Notes under the pieces: model-generated
What the model was told of the DNA's origin: nothing
Database searches by the model: none
Seen by the model: the letters and a program-made list of their open reading frames with translations, nothing else
Shown here: positions 63,531 through 64,000 of the stretch, piece by piece
Position numbering within the stretch: position 1 is the stretch's first letter
Layout: each line of letters opens with the position of its first letter
From: Mobula hypostoma
Taxonomy: Eukaryota
DNA length: 64,000 nt
Reading direction: 5' to 3'
Assembly: GCF_963921235.1 (NCBI RefSeq)
Contig: NC_086097.1
Coordinates: forward strand, 74,960,001-75,024,000
Position numbers and translations under genes: made by a program

Positions 63531-64000
63531 TACAAAGATTAAAACACAAATTTTAATAAGCATATAGAACTTGTGTATCCCGTTTAATAACTTCAGATGA
63601 AGCTAGTAATTTAATAACTGACCTGCCTTGTGCAGCACATTTTGCCTGCCTTGTGATTCACTAGTGAAGTGTTCATATAATACAAGCATATCTGGAGAGG
63701 TAAAAGTTGTTTTCTTAAACACCAGAACTGCTTAAGCACAAGAAGAAAGTGGCCCTAACATTCAGTCACGCTGTATTAGTTGTTAAATGGACTGAGTTAA
63801 AATTATCAAGTAATTCTACAGTTTACTTTTAGCTATTTATTGAAACAGGGTAGGTACTCATTTAAAAAAATATTTTCTTTTTATCTTTCATTCAAACTGT
63901 GTAGTGAATATGGTGCTGATCAAGGAATAGTAATAACTCTTGTAACTGGTGTGTACCCCAAGCAACTCCAGTTAAAGCATACCAGAAAGCAACAATTCAC

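Noticed and set aside
1..64000. Prokaryotic systems (CRISPR arrays, operons, retrons, DGRs)
   Set aside because: There is no regularly spaced repeat-spacer array or gene-dense region. All RT ORFs belong to eukaryotic CR1, Rex1/Babar, Penelope or Gypsy elements.

Overview
This is eukaryotic, AT-rich, repeat-dominated DNA, probably intronic or intergenic. The repeat mix (many CR1 LINEs, Rex1/Babar LINEs, Penelope-like elements, HE1/V-SINE-like SINEs, Tc1-derived MITEs and Gypsy LTR elements) suggests a cartilaginous fish, probably a ray; this is an inference. No multi-exon host gene can be recognised, and almost every long ORF belongs to a transposon. Highlights: (1) a structurally complete, CpG-rich CsRn1/Kabuki/Boudicca-type Gypsy element (57991-62281) with paired LTRs, ATGC target-site duplication (TSD), tRNA-Trp primer-binding site (PBS), CHCC Gag knuckle and a gag/pol -1 frameshift cassette (slippery site plus putative pseudoknot); (2) minimal hammerhead-ribozyme motifs in Penelope pseudo-LTRs (pLTRs), including a 220-bp insertion that is almost entirely a 91-bp-arm hairpin with a 15-bp TSD; (3) a compact promoter-like motif cluster (NRF1, CCAAT, tandem E-box, RFX-like) next to a candidate minus-strand first coding exon (ATG-MVAVAV|GTAAGT) at about 47.9 kb; (4) several nested insertions that can be ordered in time. 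All family assignments come from motif recognition by eye, not from database searches.
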